Notes under the pieces: model-generated
The model's input: the letters and a program-made list of their open reading frames with translations, nothing else
Databases searched by the model: none
What the model was told of the DNA's origin: nothing
In this document: positions 46,324 through 55,808 of the stretch, in pieces
Position numbering within the stretch: position 1 is the first letter of the stretch
How the letters are laid out: each line of letters starts with the position of its first letter
Position numbers and translations under genes: made by a program
Source of the DNA: a virus
Taxonomy: Duplodnaviria; Caudoviricetes
IMG/VR virus record: IMGVR_UViG_3300025151_000004
Location: 1 to 55,851 of that record
Length of the DNA: 55,851 nt
Strand: one strand, 5' to 3'

Positions 46324-47295
46324 CTATCTAATAGTGGTATAGTCGCCAGCAGATCGCTCTGCTTTTTTCTTTTCGGCGGCATACCGTTCAAGAGGAATTC
46401 CCCACTTCTTTGCAAGGCTGACATCATCTTGAGTCAGTCTAACTTTGTTGGAGGGTGCCTGTCTGCGTGATTGACCGGCGACCACTTGAGTAGGTTTTTC
46501 GTCACTACTAGGACGAAGTCTTGATGGGAGTTCCTTTGACAATCTCTTGTCTAACTCCTCATAAAAATCATCATCTCTTGGATCAAAGCCCTCTTCCTTG
46601 AGAGACTGATCCACTGCAAGGGCAATTGATGTACCAATTTTATCCTTGCCAAACCATTCATTTTTCTTCGCCCAATCAACAGCGCCTTCATCAAATTGAT
46701 TTGTTTGAGGCCTCTGGCTGACCGGAGCAGCTACTTCCCTTTCTACAGGAGAAGGTACTTCTCGGGTATTCATATTATCTGTTAATTCAATAATCTTCAA
46801 CTCAGCTTGTGCCTCAGCAAGATCACTTTGCGCTTTTACAAGACTTTCTTTATCACCCTCATCAAAAGCATGGGCAAAAGATGCCTGTGCAGCTTCTACT
46901 CTACGCTTTGTTTCTTCTTTCTTTGAATCAATAGATTGTCTCCGATAATCGGAAATATTCCTATCTTTATCAGAGAGAGTAGACTCAAGGTATTTAATCT
47001 TTTCAAGGGCTAAAGCAAGCTGTTCATCCCGCTCTTTACGTTGGGCTACAAGCTTACGAATTCGTTTCTCGGCCCCCTTTGTCTTAATACCATCAAGCTC
47101 TTTAATCTCTTCTTCTGGCTGAACTTCATTATCATCTTCAATAATGACTTCAGGTTCTGTAGAAACAACAGGAGTCTCTTCGGGCGCAGCCTCTGGCTGA
47201 CCCTCAATTTCAATCTCAGGCGCTTCAGTTTTTGGGGTGGGATTGGGATTTGATGTGTCGATGGTTTCCCAGCCATCATTATCATTATCAATCAT
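46324..47295 (-). CDS. scaffolding protein
   Basis: acidic N-terminus, KRI.KL coiled coil, WA..N.WFG, C-terminal AKK.G.PLE.YA. Confidence 0.7.
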   Translation of the reverse strand: MIDNDNDGWETIDTSNPNPTPKTEAPEIEIEGQPEAAPEETPVVSTEPEVIIEDDNEVQPEEEIKELDGIKTKGAEKRIRKLVAQRKERDEQLALALEKIKYLESTLSDKDRNISDYRRQSIDSKKEETKRRVEAAQASFAHAFDEGDKESLVKAQSDLAEAQAELKIIELTDNMNTREVPSPVEREVAAPVSQRPQTNQFDEGAVDWAKKNEWFGKDKIGTSIALAVDQSLKEEGFDPRDDDFYEELDKRLSKELPSRLRPSSDEKPTQVVAGQSRRQAPSNKVRLTQDDVSLAKKWGIPLERYAAEKKKAERSAGDYTTIR

Positions 47296-47337
47296 AATAT
47301 ATTTTTCTCCGTTGGTGGCGAATCAATCGAATTACGC

Positions 47338-47754
47338 CTAGTTAGAAAGATTAAACATAGGGTCCAGATTTGAAGGATCGTCTACGACCATGGTGATTTC
47401 ATCATCATAGCACATAATCAACCTTACACCCTTATATAAAAACTTAGCACCAGTGTGCTTACCGTAACAAACATAATCTCCCGGTTTACACCATGGTCCC
47501 TTTGGAAACTTGTTTTCGTCTTCATATGCAAGATCACCAACAGCAAGTACTCGACCTACTGTTGTTAGATACTTCATATCATCTTTAGCCTTATCAGGCA
47601 AAATAATACCGCCCTTGGTCTTGGACCGAATAGGTACAGGACGAATTAAAAGTCTATATCCGGGGATTTTGGGGAGGGGATCTGGATCGGGGACTTCAAC
47701 ATCAGAGATCCACTCGTCATTTAACTTGGCCCCACTCATTTCTGGCTCAAACAT
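47338..47754 (-). CDS. groES: GroES-like co-chaperonin
   Basis: KTKGGIILPD, G.VLAVG, GD.V.Y.K..G. Confidence 0.8.
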   Translation of the reverse strand: MFEPEMSGAKLNDEWISDVEVPDPDPLPKIPGYRLLIRPVPIRSKTKGGIILPDKAKDDMKYLTTVGRVLAVGDLAYEDENKFPKGPWCKPGDYVCYGKHTGAKFLYKGVRLIMCYDDEITMVVDDPSNLDPMFNLSN

Positions 47755-47758
47755 TTAT

Positions 47759-47950
47759 TTAAAAATCTTCCTCATCAACTAGGGTGAGTCTTCTCTCAAT
47801 ATCAGCGCACTTAGAAATTGTAAGTTCATAAGCATGAATCATTCCGACCATGCGCTGATACTCTGCATAAGTTTCGCACACACCTTGCGAAAGGCTCGAC
47901 TTGATACCATCAATCTCTTGCCGAACCTCTATAATGAGGTCTTCAAACAT
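47759..47950 (-). CDS. hypothetical protein
   Basis: 63 aa, Y..Y...VG.I pattern, precedes GroES. Confidence 0.65.
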   Translation of the reverse strand: MFEDLIIEVRQEIDGIKSSLSQGVCETYAEYQRMVGMIHAYELTISKCADIERRLTLVDEEDF

Positions 47951-47965
47951 AATAGATAAAAAGTA

Positions 47966-48166
47966 TTATCTTCGTGTCTTCTTAGCCGTATATGAAGACA
48001 GATTTGTCATGGTTGGCTTTACATTTGTGTCATAGTCACTTTTAGGGTCTCCCCGTAAAACAGCAACATGAGCCCGCTCTGTCCACTGTGAAGAGGGAAG
48101 AGTTGACCAGTCTTCCTTTTTTGGAATAGCTCCCGGTCCGTTGGGAATATTACCTTTCATTGCCAT
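47966..48166 (-). CDS. hypothetical protein
   Basis: 66 aa in operon context. Confidence 0.6.
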   Translation of the reverse strand: MAMKGNIPNGPGAIPKKEDWSTLPSSQWTERAHVAVLRGDPKSDYDTNVKPTMTNLSSYTAKKTRR

Positions 48167-48170
48167 CTTC

Positions 48171-48320
48171 TTACTTCCTTTTTATCTTTCGTGGTTTCTC
48201 GACTTGATAAAGTCGTCTCACCATTTTCTTAGCATTATCAATGGATGACGCCTGAGCGTGTTTCTTCCATCTTCCGCCTACCTTCTTTTGTACCACACTT
48301 CCAACATTACGCCAAGGCAT
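48171..48320 (-). CDS. 49-aa basic protein (MPWRNVGSVVQKK...), not in ORF track
   Basis: TAATG coupling to portal stop, fills gap. Confidence 0.6.
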   Translation of the reverse strand: MPWRNVGSVVQKKVGGRWKKHAQASSIDNAKKMVRRLYQVEKPRKIKRK

Positions 48321-51300
48321 TAGTCGATTCCATCAAGATCAACTAGAGAAAGACCCATTTCTTGCCTTAGTAAATTTGAATCGTTTTCACGACGGGATAG
48401 GTATTGTTCCTTTCCAGACTCTGGGTTTACAAAATTTTCTAATTCGTCAATTACATTTTCCCAGTCAGATCTGGATGCATGTTCTATAAAAGTAGGAGCG
48501 CCGGATGTTCCATATTGTCGTAAGACTGATTGAATCACGGTTCGTTGGTTAGGAGTTAAATCAATCCAACGTGTCGTCCCTTCGGGGTCCATTCCTTTGA
48601 TCAATTTCGAATCCCAGAGGTCTTGTAAATTATCGAATTCAAAAACAAAAAGTTTTCTGTCAATTTCATCGAACTCGTCCTGAGTAATTTCTATATTATT
48701 ATCCTTTAAGAAATCTTTAGCCTCTTGTCCCGTTTTCCCTAAAAACGGTTCCAGTTTCTTAATTAAATTTTCATTTAAGTTCAAGTTTCTGAGGCTTCCA
48801 ACAGTTTGTTTTCCGAGGTCAAGACCTGTGGAAAACGTAATACCAGAATCTCCCATGATAGAACCGTCTGCATTCTGAGGAATGTGACCTACAAGAATAC
48901 GAGGAGCGTTTTCTGCTTCCCCTATATAGGCTCGTGAAAACTCTATCTCATCTTGTGATATAATGTCTGAGAACAGAGGTTTTTCTTCAGGGAGTGGTGG
49001 AACTTCTGGCTCACTCTGGGGTGTGGGTAATAGAACTTTTACCGTAGATTCTACTTCTGGTTCCTGCATTGATGCTTTCAGACTCTCTACAAAATCAATA
49101 CCCATTCCTGCTTCTGCTGCCTTTGCATCAATATCTTCCTGTGACGGAGTGTACCGAGTCATCTGGTATGGGTTGTCCTCATAGCTTTTTTTGACCAAGT
49201 CAATAACATCATCAAAGTTTACTGCGCCGCCTTCTTTAAAGCCCTCCGCTGCACGCTTTTCTGAGATATCACGCATCTTGCTCAGACCATCAAGGATAAA
49301 TCTCTGAATCTGGATGTCTTTCTTATTGGTGGCTTCCTGTGAACGAATGGTATTCTCACCAATATCCTTGGCCGCTTCAATGTCCTGACCACGTTTCCGA
49401 AGATCAAGTTCCTGTTGTTTGAGGGCAAGATCGGCCAACTCTTTTGCGTTGTCCTGATTCATCCCCTTCTCTTTCAATTCAAGACTGCGGCTTTCAAGTG
49501 CAAGCTGCTGCTGTTCGAGAGTCTGGTACTGACCAAGCTGCTGGTTCGCATTCAGGATCTGCTGGGATGCTTCAGCCATAACCTCTGGCATGACATCCGG
49601 GCTGGAGCCCTGTAGGAAGCCGCCCATGGTCTCCTGATACTGCATCATCATGTGTTCCCGGATAGCTGCCTGTAGGAGCGGAACCATGCTCTGTAGTTGC
49701 TGGTTCTGTCCAAGGGAGGGGTCTTCGATGAATGAGGTGAAGACCGTGATATATGCAGCATGGTCCTGACCGGGGAATGCCGCAATGGGGAGACCCTTTG
49801 ATACAGAGATAATGTCAGAGACAGGATCCTGTGGTACGGGTTCTTGAGATGGGGCAAGGAACCGATTGGGATCAGCAATACCGGCAGCACTCAGGAGTGA
49901 CCGGTGGACTTCAGTCATATTATATGTACCCGGTGGGGTCTGTGCTGAAATCTGTAGGAGCATCTGGGCCTGTGCCAGACGATGTGCCTGTGATGGGATA
50001 TTGGGGTCAGAGACCGGGATAATATCAATTCTGCCATCAAAGTCAGTCCGCTTCACCGGGAGATCTTGGCCGGGGATTGGGATGATCAGGCGTTCTTCCG
50101 GGAGAATCTCATAATTCAACCGGGCAAGAATTCGTAGCTCATCCCGCTGGCTCTTATGAAGTCTCTTGTGGATGGCTGAGAAAAGCTTGGCTGATGCTTC
50201 GATCAGGGCCAAGGTGGTGCCGACTGGACCATAGTTTGTGGAATCAGCCACGACAGCATCAGTGGAATCGGCAAACTTCTGACCAGCACTGGTGACAACA
50301 CCGAGTAGCTGTAAGAGGGTCTGTGATGGCTCTTTGTATGGTAGTGGGACGATGGCCTTCTGGAGATCCATCCCTGTTGCTTCGACTTCCTTGAATTCAC
50401 CGGGGGAGATTGGATCATCACCGCCGACAATCCTGATACCACGGGCCTTGAAACCACCGGGCAGATTGGAGAACTGTCCGGCGTCAAGGAGGGACCGCAT
50501 GGCCAACGTGGCACTCATGGTGAGGTTCCCGAGGAAATGGATCAGGCCGAGACCGTAGAAACCAAAACCGGGGACGTACTTGTAGTGGGTGAAGAACATC
50601 TTCTTCTCACGGGTGAAGTCTCCTTCATTCCAGTTACGCCTGATGCTCAGGACTTTCCCGCTGTCCTTCTCAATGGTGACAATGTATGGCGATGGGATTT
50701 CATCCCCGTCAAGCTCAAGATACAGGTGCTGCTCAAGGAGCGTGTACTGTTTATCATATTCAGCGTTAAACTCAATACCCATGATTGAGTTAATCGTCTG
50801 GCTCATTGATGATGGTTCAAACTCTGATGGCTCAGACAGATCAATATCACGGTACATCCCGGACATGATCTGCTTCTGAAGCTCATGTGGGGTCATATAG
50901 ATGACGTGGGTGTACCGGTCTGCCCGCCGTAGATCAGTGGCGTTATACGAGACGTAGAATTGATCAACCGGTACAAACTCGGAGACGGGGCGATCAGATG
51001 CAGGATCATAGTAGATCTTCTTGAACGCTGAGCCTACAAGTGGAAGGTGGAAGAGCATTCTCTCGAACTCGTCAAAGTACTCCGGCATGACCTCAGTCAA
51101 TTGGTAGTTCATAAATGTTTGGACTCGGTATGACTGCTCTTCACTCTCTTGAGAGGGAATACCCACAATCTGGGCTTTTACTGGACCCTGTGGTGGGAAC
51201 AATTCCTCTGAAGCTTTTGATTGAAACTTGACAGCACTCTCAATCAGGAGGGGATGAACTGCTGTACAGGCACCTTCGAATGGCTCAGAAGCCGTAGTCA

Positions 51301-51547
51301 ATTTTAGACCAAGAAGCTCGAAGCCTTTTTCAAACATACTCTCCCATTCAGCCCGTGAATCTTTGTCGGCTTCATATGAATCAACGACCATAGATCCAAT
51401 ACGCTCAACCTCTTCTTCTGAGAGAAAATCTTCAGCCAGATTATCGTAGAATCCAATCTCAGGGATTGGCTCAAAAATCTGAGCTTCATCCGCTCCTTCA
51501 GGGAGGATAAAATCAAGAATGTTAAATTCTGTTTCCGGGAGTGCCAT
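48320..51547 (-). CDS. portal protein with C-terminal pesticin-like muramidase domain
   Basis: follows TerL; HPLL.E..V.FQ, GSAFKK.Y, GFYGLGL portal motifs; C-terminal GHIP..SGITFSTGLDLG..QYG..RR..D.NLL. Confidence 0.8.
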   Translation of the reverse strand: MALPETEFNILDFILPEGADEAQIFEPIPEIGFYDNLAEDFLSEEEVERIGSMVVDSYEADKDSRAEWESMFEKGFELLGLKLTTASEPFEGACTAVHPLLIESAVKFQSKASEELFPPQGPVKAQIVGIPSQESEEQSYRVQTFMNYQLTEVMPEYFDEFERMLFHLPLVGSAFKKIYYDPASDRPVSEFVPVDQFYVSYNATDLRRADRYTHVIYMTPHELQKQIMSGMYRDIDLSEPSEFEPSSMSQTINSIMGIEFNAEYDKQYTLLEQHLYLELDGDEIPSPYIVTIEKDSGKVLSIRRNWNEGDFTREKKMFFTHYKYVPGFGFYGLGLIHFLGNLTMSATLAMRSLLDAGQFSNLPGGFKARGIRIVGGDDPISPGEFKEVEATGMDLQKAIVPLPYKEPSQTLLQLLGVVTSAGQKFADSTDAVVADSTNYGPVGTTLALIEASAKLFSAIHKRLHKSQRDELRILARLNYEILPEERLIIPIPGQDLPVKRTDFDGRIDIIPVSDPNIPSQAHRLAQAQMLLQISAQTPPGTYNMTEVHRSLLSAAGIADPNRFLAPSQEPVPQDPVSDIISVSKGLPIAAFPGQDHAAYITVFTSFIEDPSLGQNQQLQSMVPLLQAAIREHMMMQYQETMGGFLQGSSPDVMPEVMAEASQQILNANQQLGQYQTLEQQQLALESRSLELKEKGMNQDNAKELADLALKQQELDLRKRGQDIEAAKDIGENTIRSQEATNKKDIQIQRFILDGLSKMRDISEKRAAEGFKEGGAVNFDDVIDLVKKSYEDNPYQMTRYTPSQEDIDAKAAEAGMGIDFVESLKASMQEPEVESTVKVLLPTPQSEPEVPPLPEEKPLFSDIISQDEIEFSRAYIGEAENAPRILVGHIPQNADGSIMGDSGITFSTGLDLGKQTVGSLRNLNLNENLIKKLEPFLGKTGQEAKDFLKDNNIEITQDEFDEIDRKLFVFEFDNLQDLWDSKLIKGMDPEGTTRWIDLTPNQRTVIQSVLRQYGTSGAPTFIEHASRSDWENVIDELENFVNPESGKEQYLSRRENDSNLLRQEMGLSLVDLDGID

Positions 51548-51570
51548 TGTTCATGTTTTCCAATATTGGG

Positions 51571-53097
51571 TTAAGCTGCTACTGAATTCCAGTAAGTCTT
51601 TTTACTTTTAGTATAAAACTTGTTATCAGTGTCTTGATTATAGGACGAATCATACGGATGTTCAAGTCTCCAAGATTCACGCATGTAGTGTATGGCCATA
51701 ACCATGGCATCTACTTGGTCATCATGGGCTGCATTCGGGAATGATGTGGATTCTAAAATGAGACTCTCACTCCATGGTTTCTCTTTTGGTAACCAGATTC
51801 TCCCGCTTTCCACAAGGGGTGACACGGCATTCACCCGGCTCACCTTGTCCCTGTCCGGGGTGTATTCCCTGATTGGCAGACCTGCCCTCCTCATGTCTTG
51901 GATGAGGCTCTGTCCTGATGCTTTCTTTTCAATGATGACAACATCAGGTGAATGTTCTTCATACATTTCTTGGGCCATCATCCTGAGTTCTGGGTATTCA
52001 AATTTACCCACGATATTACTCAGGAGAATGAGGTTACCGACGATATGCTCCTCCCCTGCGGAATCAACCTCCATGGTGGCAAAGATTCCCCATGTCTGGA
52101 TCACAGAATTATCTGCTGTACTCCGGGTGGAGAACGCAGTATCAAGGGTCTGTATGACAAAATCACAATCGGGTGGTTCATCATGATCCCATTCGATAAA
52201 CCAGTCTTTCTTCAGGATGCCGCCCTCGGCAGGTACCGGGTTCTGCATATACAGGGATTCCCAATATCTGGCCCCGTTATACTTCTTGATTTCAATCTCG
52301 TCTTTCTTTAAGACTTCGGTAGGTTTCCACTCTGGGAAATAGGATGAACCGACAGGGAGATTCAAGATGGAGGAGGATTCCTCATCAATCCATGCGGGGA
52401 TCTTGAGAACATTCCAGTCATCCTCCTCGGAATTTCTGAGGAGCCACCCGCAGATATCATCCTCGTGATACCGGGTGTTGATGATGATAATCCCCCCATT
52501 AGGCATAATTCTGGTCCTCAGACCAGCCGGATACCACTCCTTGATATACCTCCGGCCTGCCTCTGAGAAAGCATCTTCTTCAGACATGACATCATCAAGG
52601 ATGGCCACATGGGCACCACGACCGGCAATCTGGGATCTCACACCGGCTGCTACATAGACACCGCCCTGCTTTGTCTCCCATTTACCCGCAGCCCGGACAT
52701 CCTTTCTGAGGGAGACATTTGGGAAGACAACCGAGAATAATTCATTATTGACAATATCCCTGACTGACCGACCAAAGTCCGTGGCAAGCTGATCCGAGTG
52801 GGAGACACAAAGAATCTGGTTGGACGGGTGTAGACCCATGTGCCATGCCGGAAATATCTTGGAGCAGAGGAGTGACTTGGATGAACGAGGTGGGAGGAAG
52901 ACCATCTGTCTCTTGATCTCCCCCTCTGATACTTTCTGGAGGGTGTCACAGATAACCTCGATATGCCTCCCGACTACAAAGTCAGGGACAAGGATTGGGG
53001 CTATAGCCTTGGTAAACGTATAGAAATCACTCCGTGATTGAGACACCATCTTCTCAAGGAGTGCCTCCCTTAGTTTTTCTTTTTCATTTGTGGACAT
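51571..53097 (-). CDS. terL: terminase large subunit
   Basis: PPRSSKS Walker A, ILDD Walker B, TRYHEDD, LDTA, HDDQVDA nuclease motif. Confidence 0.93.
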   Translation of the reverse strand: MSTNEKEKLREALLEKMVSQSRSDFYTFTKAIAPILVPDFVVGRHIEVICDTLQKVSEGEIKRQMVFLPPRSSKSLLCSKIFPAWHMGLHPSNQILCVSHSDQLATDFGRSVRDIVNNELFSVVFPNVSLRKDVRAAGKWETKQGGVYVAAGVRSQIAGRGAHVAILDDVMSEEDAFSEAGRRYIKEWYPAGLRTRIMPNGGIIIINTRYHEDDICGWLLRNSEEDDWNVLKIPAWIDEESSSILNLPVGSSYFPEWKPTEVLKKDEIEIKKYNGARYWESLYMQNPVPAEGGILKKDWFIEWDHDEPPDCDFVIQTLDTAFSTRSTADNSVIQTWGIFATMEVDSAGEEHIVGNLILLSNIVGKFEYPELRMMAQEMYEEHSPDVVIIEKKASGQSLIQDMRRAGLPIREYTPDRDKVSRVNAVSPLVESGRIWLPKEKPWSESLILESTSFPNAAHDDQVDAMVMAIHYMRESWRLEHPYDSSYNQDTDNKFYTKSKKTYWNSVAA

Positions 53098-53110
53098 CGT
53101 TAGGTTAAGA

Positions 53111-53296
53111 CTATTTCGTTTCTTTTTCTACTTGGGCCATGATACAACCATTTCCTTCACAGACACATACATGTGACTTCATGTTATCCCTAGTCGTTTT
53201 AGGTTTTTCTTTGGGTTCTTTTCTATGAAGAAGACATTCCTCGAATTTAAACTCTGTTTCCATATTCGTTATCCCCCTACCCTGTATATGGTCCAA
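53111..53296 (-). CDS. hypothetical protein
   Basis: 61 aa; start uncertain. Confidence 0.45.
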   Translation of the reverse strand: MDHIQGRGITNMETEFKFEECLLHRKEPKEKPKTTRDNMKSHVCVCEGNGCIMAQVEKETK

Positions 53297-53303
53297 AGTT
53301 CCC

Positions 53304-53648
53304 CTAGTTTAACTTGGATCTGTCTGGAGAACTTTCATGGAATATTCTCATAAGTTCTGTATGTAATGTTAGTAATGTTAAAAACGTATCATAGATAAGA
53401 CCTCGTGCTGTATCATATTCTGGAGATCTATTCTGTAAAACCTTGGATAATGCAAAGACTTCTTTCGTTGCATTGACAGAGAGAAAAACATTGCTCATCA
53501 AAAGCATTCCCTCATCTGATAGAATATTTATATCTTGTTCACTATTACATTGACTTATATCTCTGAAACCAAAAGCATCATTGAACTCTTCTACGGAAAG
53601 GCTGTCTGTGAAATCAAAAGGAGTATCTGAATCATCAGAGATTATCAT
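53304..53648 (-). CDS. hypothetical protein
   Basis: 114 aa between TerS and TerL. Confidence 0.6.
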   Translation of the reverse strand: MIISDDSDTPFDFTDSLSVEEFNDAFGFRDISQCNSEQDINILSDEGMLLMSNVFLSVNATKEVFALSKVLQNRSPEYDTARGLIYDTFLTLLTLHTELMRIFHESSPDRSKLN

Positions 53649-53663
53649 AAATATTACACCCGG

Positions 53664-54575
53664 CTATGTTTTTCCACCATTGACAACTTTAAGCCCCACA
53701 ACATTTGCAAGCTTATCAATGTCACCATCAATATCATCGGTCTTCATCCCGTCAAGACTTCCAATGCGTTGCTCTGTTCTTTCAACGTACATACCAAGAT
53801 GCTTGGCAATATTCTCCATGCTCCGGGTTGCATTCGTGAAATCTTGTTCCGCAAGGGAATTCTTGTAGATCTCATCAAATCTGTCTAGTACTTTCTCAGC
53901 ATCCCATGCCATTTTTTCTTTTGCCTCATCTATAAGTTCAAGGATTCGTCTACTTATATGCGGGCGATCCTTCCAGACTGCCGCATGGTTTTCCCACCTT
54001 GGATAACTAATATCATACCCTGCCCGTATCCAAGCTTCAAGAGGATCCGCCGTGGAGACAAACTCAATACAATACTTCTCCTCACGCATGGTGAGTCCGT
54101 TGGATAGCTTGGTCCTTACCGGGTCTGAGTAGGAACCATCCTTGTTAAGCTTCGGCTTCCGGGGTTCAGTAAGGATATTATTCTTATTGGGACCGCCAGT
54201 ATAACCGGGTGATCTTGGATTGAACGTCTGATTCATGAGTTTATCATCATGTCGTTTGATATCCCGTTTAGTCTTTGGACCAAGTGGGGTAAAAGTTTGT
54301 GGGTATTTCTCTGAGACAGTTGTACCACCATGGCCCATCCGATAGTAGTATTCTTTCCTCAGTCTGCCAAGGAGACGGGGACAGTGACCCTTTGGATCAC
54401 TCGGATGCCCATGCATGGTCTGGGAGATATACTTGATTAAATCCCGGATTTCTTGCGTGGTTAAAGACTTGAATTCAAGCTGGAGTGGCCTGCTGTCTGG
54501 ATCAACGGCTACCTTGGCCCTACCCTTGGGGGTCTTACGCTTATTATTTATCGGACTTGTTGTTTCGGAGGTCAT
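53664..54575 (-). CDS. terS: terminase small subunit with long basic N-terminal extension
   Basis: LT.REEKYC.EF...EAWIRAGY HTH and E.IAKHLGM in C-half; start taken at ATG 54575. Confidence 0.65.
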   Translation of the reverse strand: MTSETTSPINNKRKTPKGRAKVAVDPDSRPLQLEFKSLTTQEIRDLIKYISQTMHGHPSDPKGHCPRLLGRLRKEYYYRMGHGGTTVSEKYPQTFTPLGPKTKRDIKRHDDKLMNQTFNPRSPGYTGGPNKNNILTEPRKPKLNKDGSYSDPVRTKLSNGLTMREEKYCIEFVSTADPLEAWIRAGYDISYPRWENHAAVWKDRPHISRRILELIDEAKEKMAWDAEKVLDRFDEIYKNSLAEQDFTNATRSMENIAKHLGMYVERTEQRIGSLDGMKTDDIDGDIDKLANVVGLKVVNGGKT

Positions 54576-54711
54576 TGAATAAATCAAATAATGTCTTTAC
54601 TTTTTCTTTCAAGATATCAATCTCGGAATGCATCTTTGCAAGAACAATCACAAGGGTTATGAAAGACAACCCTACAGGCCACAATGTTCCAATGTATTCC
54701 AAAAGCTCCAT
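54544..54711 (-). CDS. 55-aa membrane protein (MELLEYIGTLWPVGLSFITLVIVLAKM...), not in ORF track
   Basis: GGGAGG RBS, TM segment then coiled coil. Confidence 0.65.
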   Translation of the reverse strand: MELLEYIGTLWPVGLSFITLVIVLAKMHSEIDILKEKVKTLFDLFNDLRNNKSDK

Positions 54712-54959
54712 CTAGACCCCTCCCCTGCATATATTGATAATAACATCAGGGTCTGAACCTTGAAAATTTTATAGGGGGTATGGGTACCCTAAATAAAAAA
54801 TAAGGGGGTATTTTCAGATATACCAAGTCTGTTTTCTGGTAATTTTCAAGGGGTGTTATATTTACTATGATAAGCGCCGCCCGGTTTTTCCCCTCCCCCT
54901 CCGGGAATTAGTAAAGCAATTGCTTTCCAAATGTTCCCAGAAGAACAAAAGGCAAACGA

Positions 54960-54974
54960 TGAGAATCATTCTTA
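54960..54974. promoter_or_regulatory. Fur-like 7-1-7 box
   Basis: TGAGAAT-C-ATTCTTA versus TGATAAT-N-ATTATCA. Confidence 0.45.
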
Positions 54975-55017
54975 TTATCAAGGTCACGACCGCTGGTGCC
55001 ATGGCAGGATCACCGGA

Positions 55018-55050
55018 CCATGCGTTTGACGCATACCTGCTATGCAAAAA
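55018..55050 (+). promoter_or_regulatory. 33-bp promoter/operator-like element, inverted copy of 471-503
   Basis: TTGACG at 55026, GCATA-N5-TATGC dyad. Confidence 0.6.
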
Positions 55051-55161
55051 TAGCATGCAAATGTCTACCAGGTAGTCGATTTTCCTGTTGACCTCGGTCT
55101 TCCGCTGTGGTTCGCTGTGGACATCGGATCAATCAGGGTCCGACCAACGGAGTGAAAAACG

Positions 55162-55389
55162 ATGCATTACTCAGAAGGCGATAAATTGGTTGACCTGCTG
55201 CACGCCATCATCGACGAGCGTGTCGAGAATATCACTGAGAAGCTCGAGCTGCGGGTCAGCTTGATGGTGCAAGAAGCCCTAGCTTCGTATGAGCATGGTT
55301 TTGATATAAGTGATTACGAAGGAGAGATCAAAGACATGATCGAGGAGACCGTAACCGACTTGACTTTCACAGTCACAGTCGAAAGCTGA
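55162..55389 (+). CDS. acidic hypothetical protein
   Basis: 75 aa, GGAG RBS. Confidence 0.7.
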   Translation: MHYSEGDKLVDLLHAIIDERVENITEKLELRVSLMVQEALASYEHGFDISDYEGEIKDMIEETVTDLTFTVTVES

Positions 55390-55448
55390 TAACCACGGGG
55401 CTCCGGAGAGATCTGGAGCCCCACCTATCACCGAGGAGAACCAGAATA

Positions 55449-55565
55449 ATGAGTACAAAGAAATGGAAAATCATAGATAACCTTGTCCTTTGGGCAATGG
55501 TAGTCGGGTATGCCTTTATGTTTCTGTACATAGTGTGGTTCTTTATGGTCGAGATCTGCCTATAG
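55449..55565 (+). CDS. 38-aa membrane micropeptide (MSTKKWKIIDNLVLWAMVVGYAFMFLYIVWFFMVEICL)
   Basis: GAGGAG RBS; basic N-terminus plus TM; not in ORF track. Confidence 0.7.
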   Translation: MSTKKWKIIDNLVLWAMVVGYAFMFLYIVWFFMVEICL

Positions 55566-55626
55566 TAGATAAACCACGGGGCTCCGGAGAGATCTGGAGC
55601 CCCACCCACCACCGAGGAGAACGAAG

Positions 55627-55722
55627 ATGTACAAGGATAAGATATCGAATCACGTTGGCAGCATCTGCGTGATGCTGTGGGCAGCGGGACTACTGGTCTA
55701 CATCGAAATGATTAGAGCATAA
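55627..55722 (+). CDS. 31-aa membrane micropeptide (MYKDKISNHVGSICVMLWAAGLLVYIEMIRA)
   Basis: GAGGAG RBS; TM segment; not in ORF track. Confidence 0.7.
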   Translation: MYKDKISNHVGSICVMLWAAGLLVYIEMIRA

Positions 55723-55808
55723 ACAACGGGGCCTCGGAGAAATCCGGGGCTCCTCTCTTTTATATATTAGTCTTACAGACTAAATGAACATGCTAATGAA
55801 CTTGCTAA

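Larger units (their letters stand above)
55391..55753 (+). repeat. three intergenic GNRA-loop hairpins
   Basis: stems at 55397-55422, 55578-55603, 55728-55753; first two lie in identical 35-bp repeats. Confidence 0.85.

Noticed and set aside
51692-52311. Long antisense ORFs opposite terL and other core genes
   Set aside because: No RBS or motifs; normal shadow frames
55391-55753. CRISPR mini-array or integron attC array
   Set aside because: Spacers are 120-155 bp coding ORFs, no cas1/intI genes, and no attC RYYYAAC/GTTRRRY cores; the Cas4-like nuclease is a routine phage replication gene
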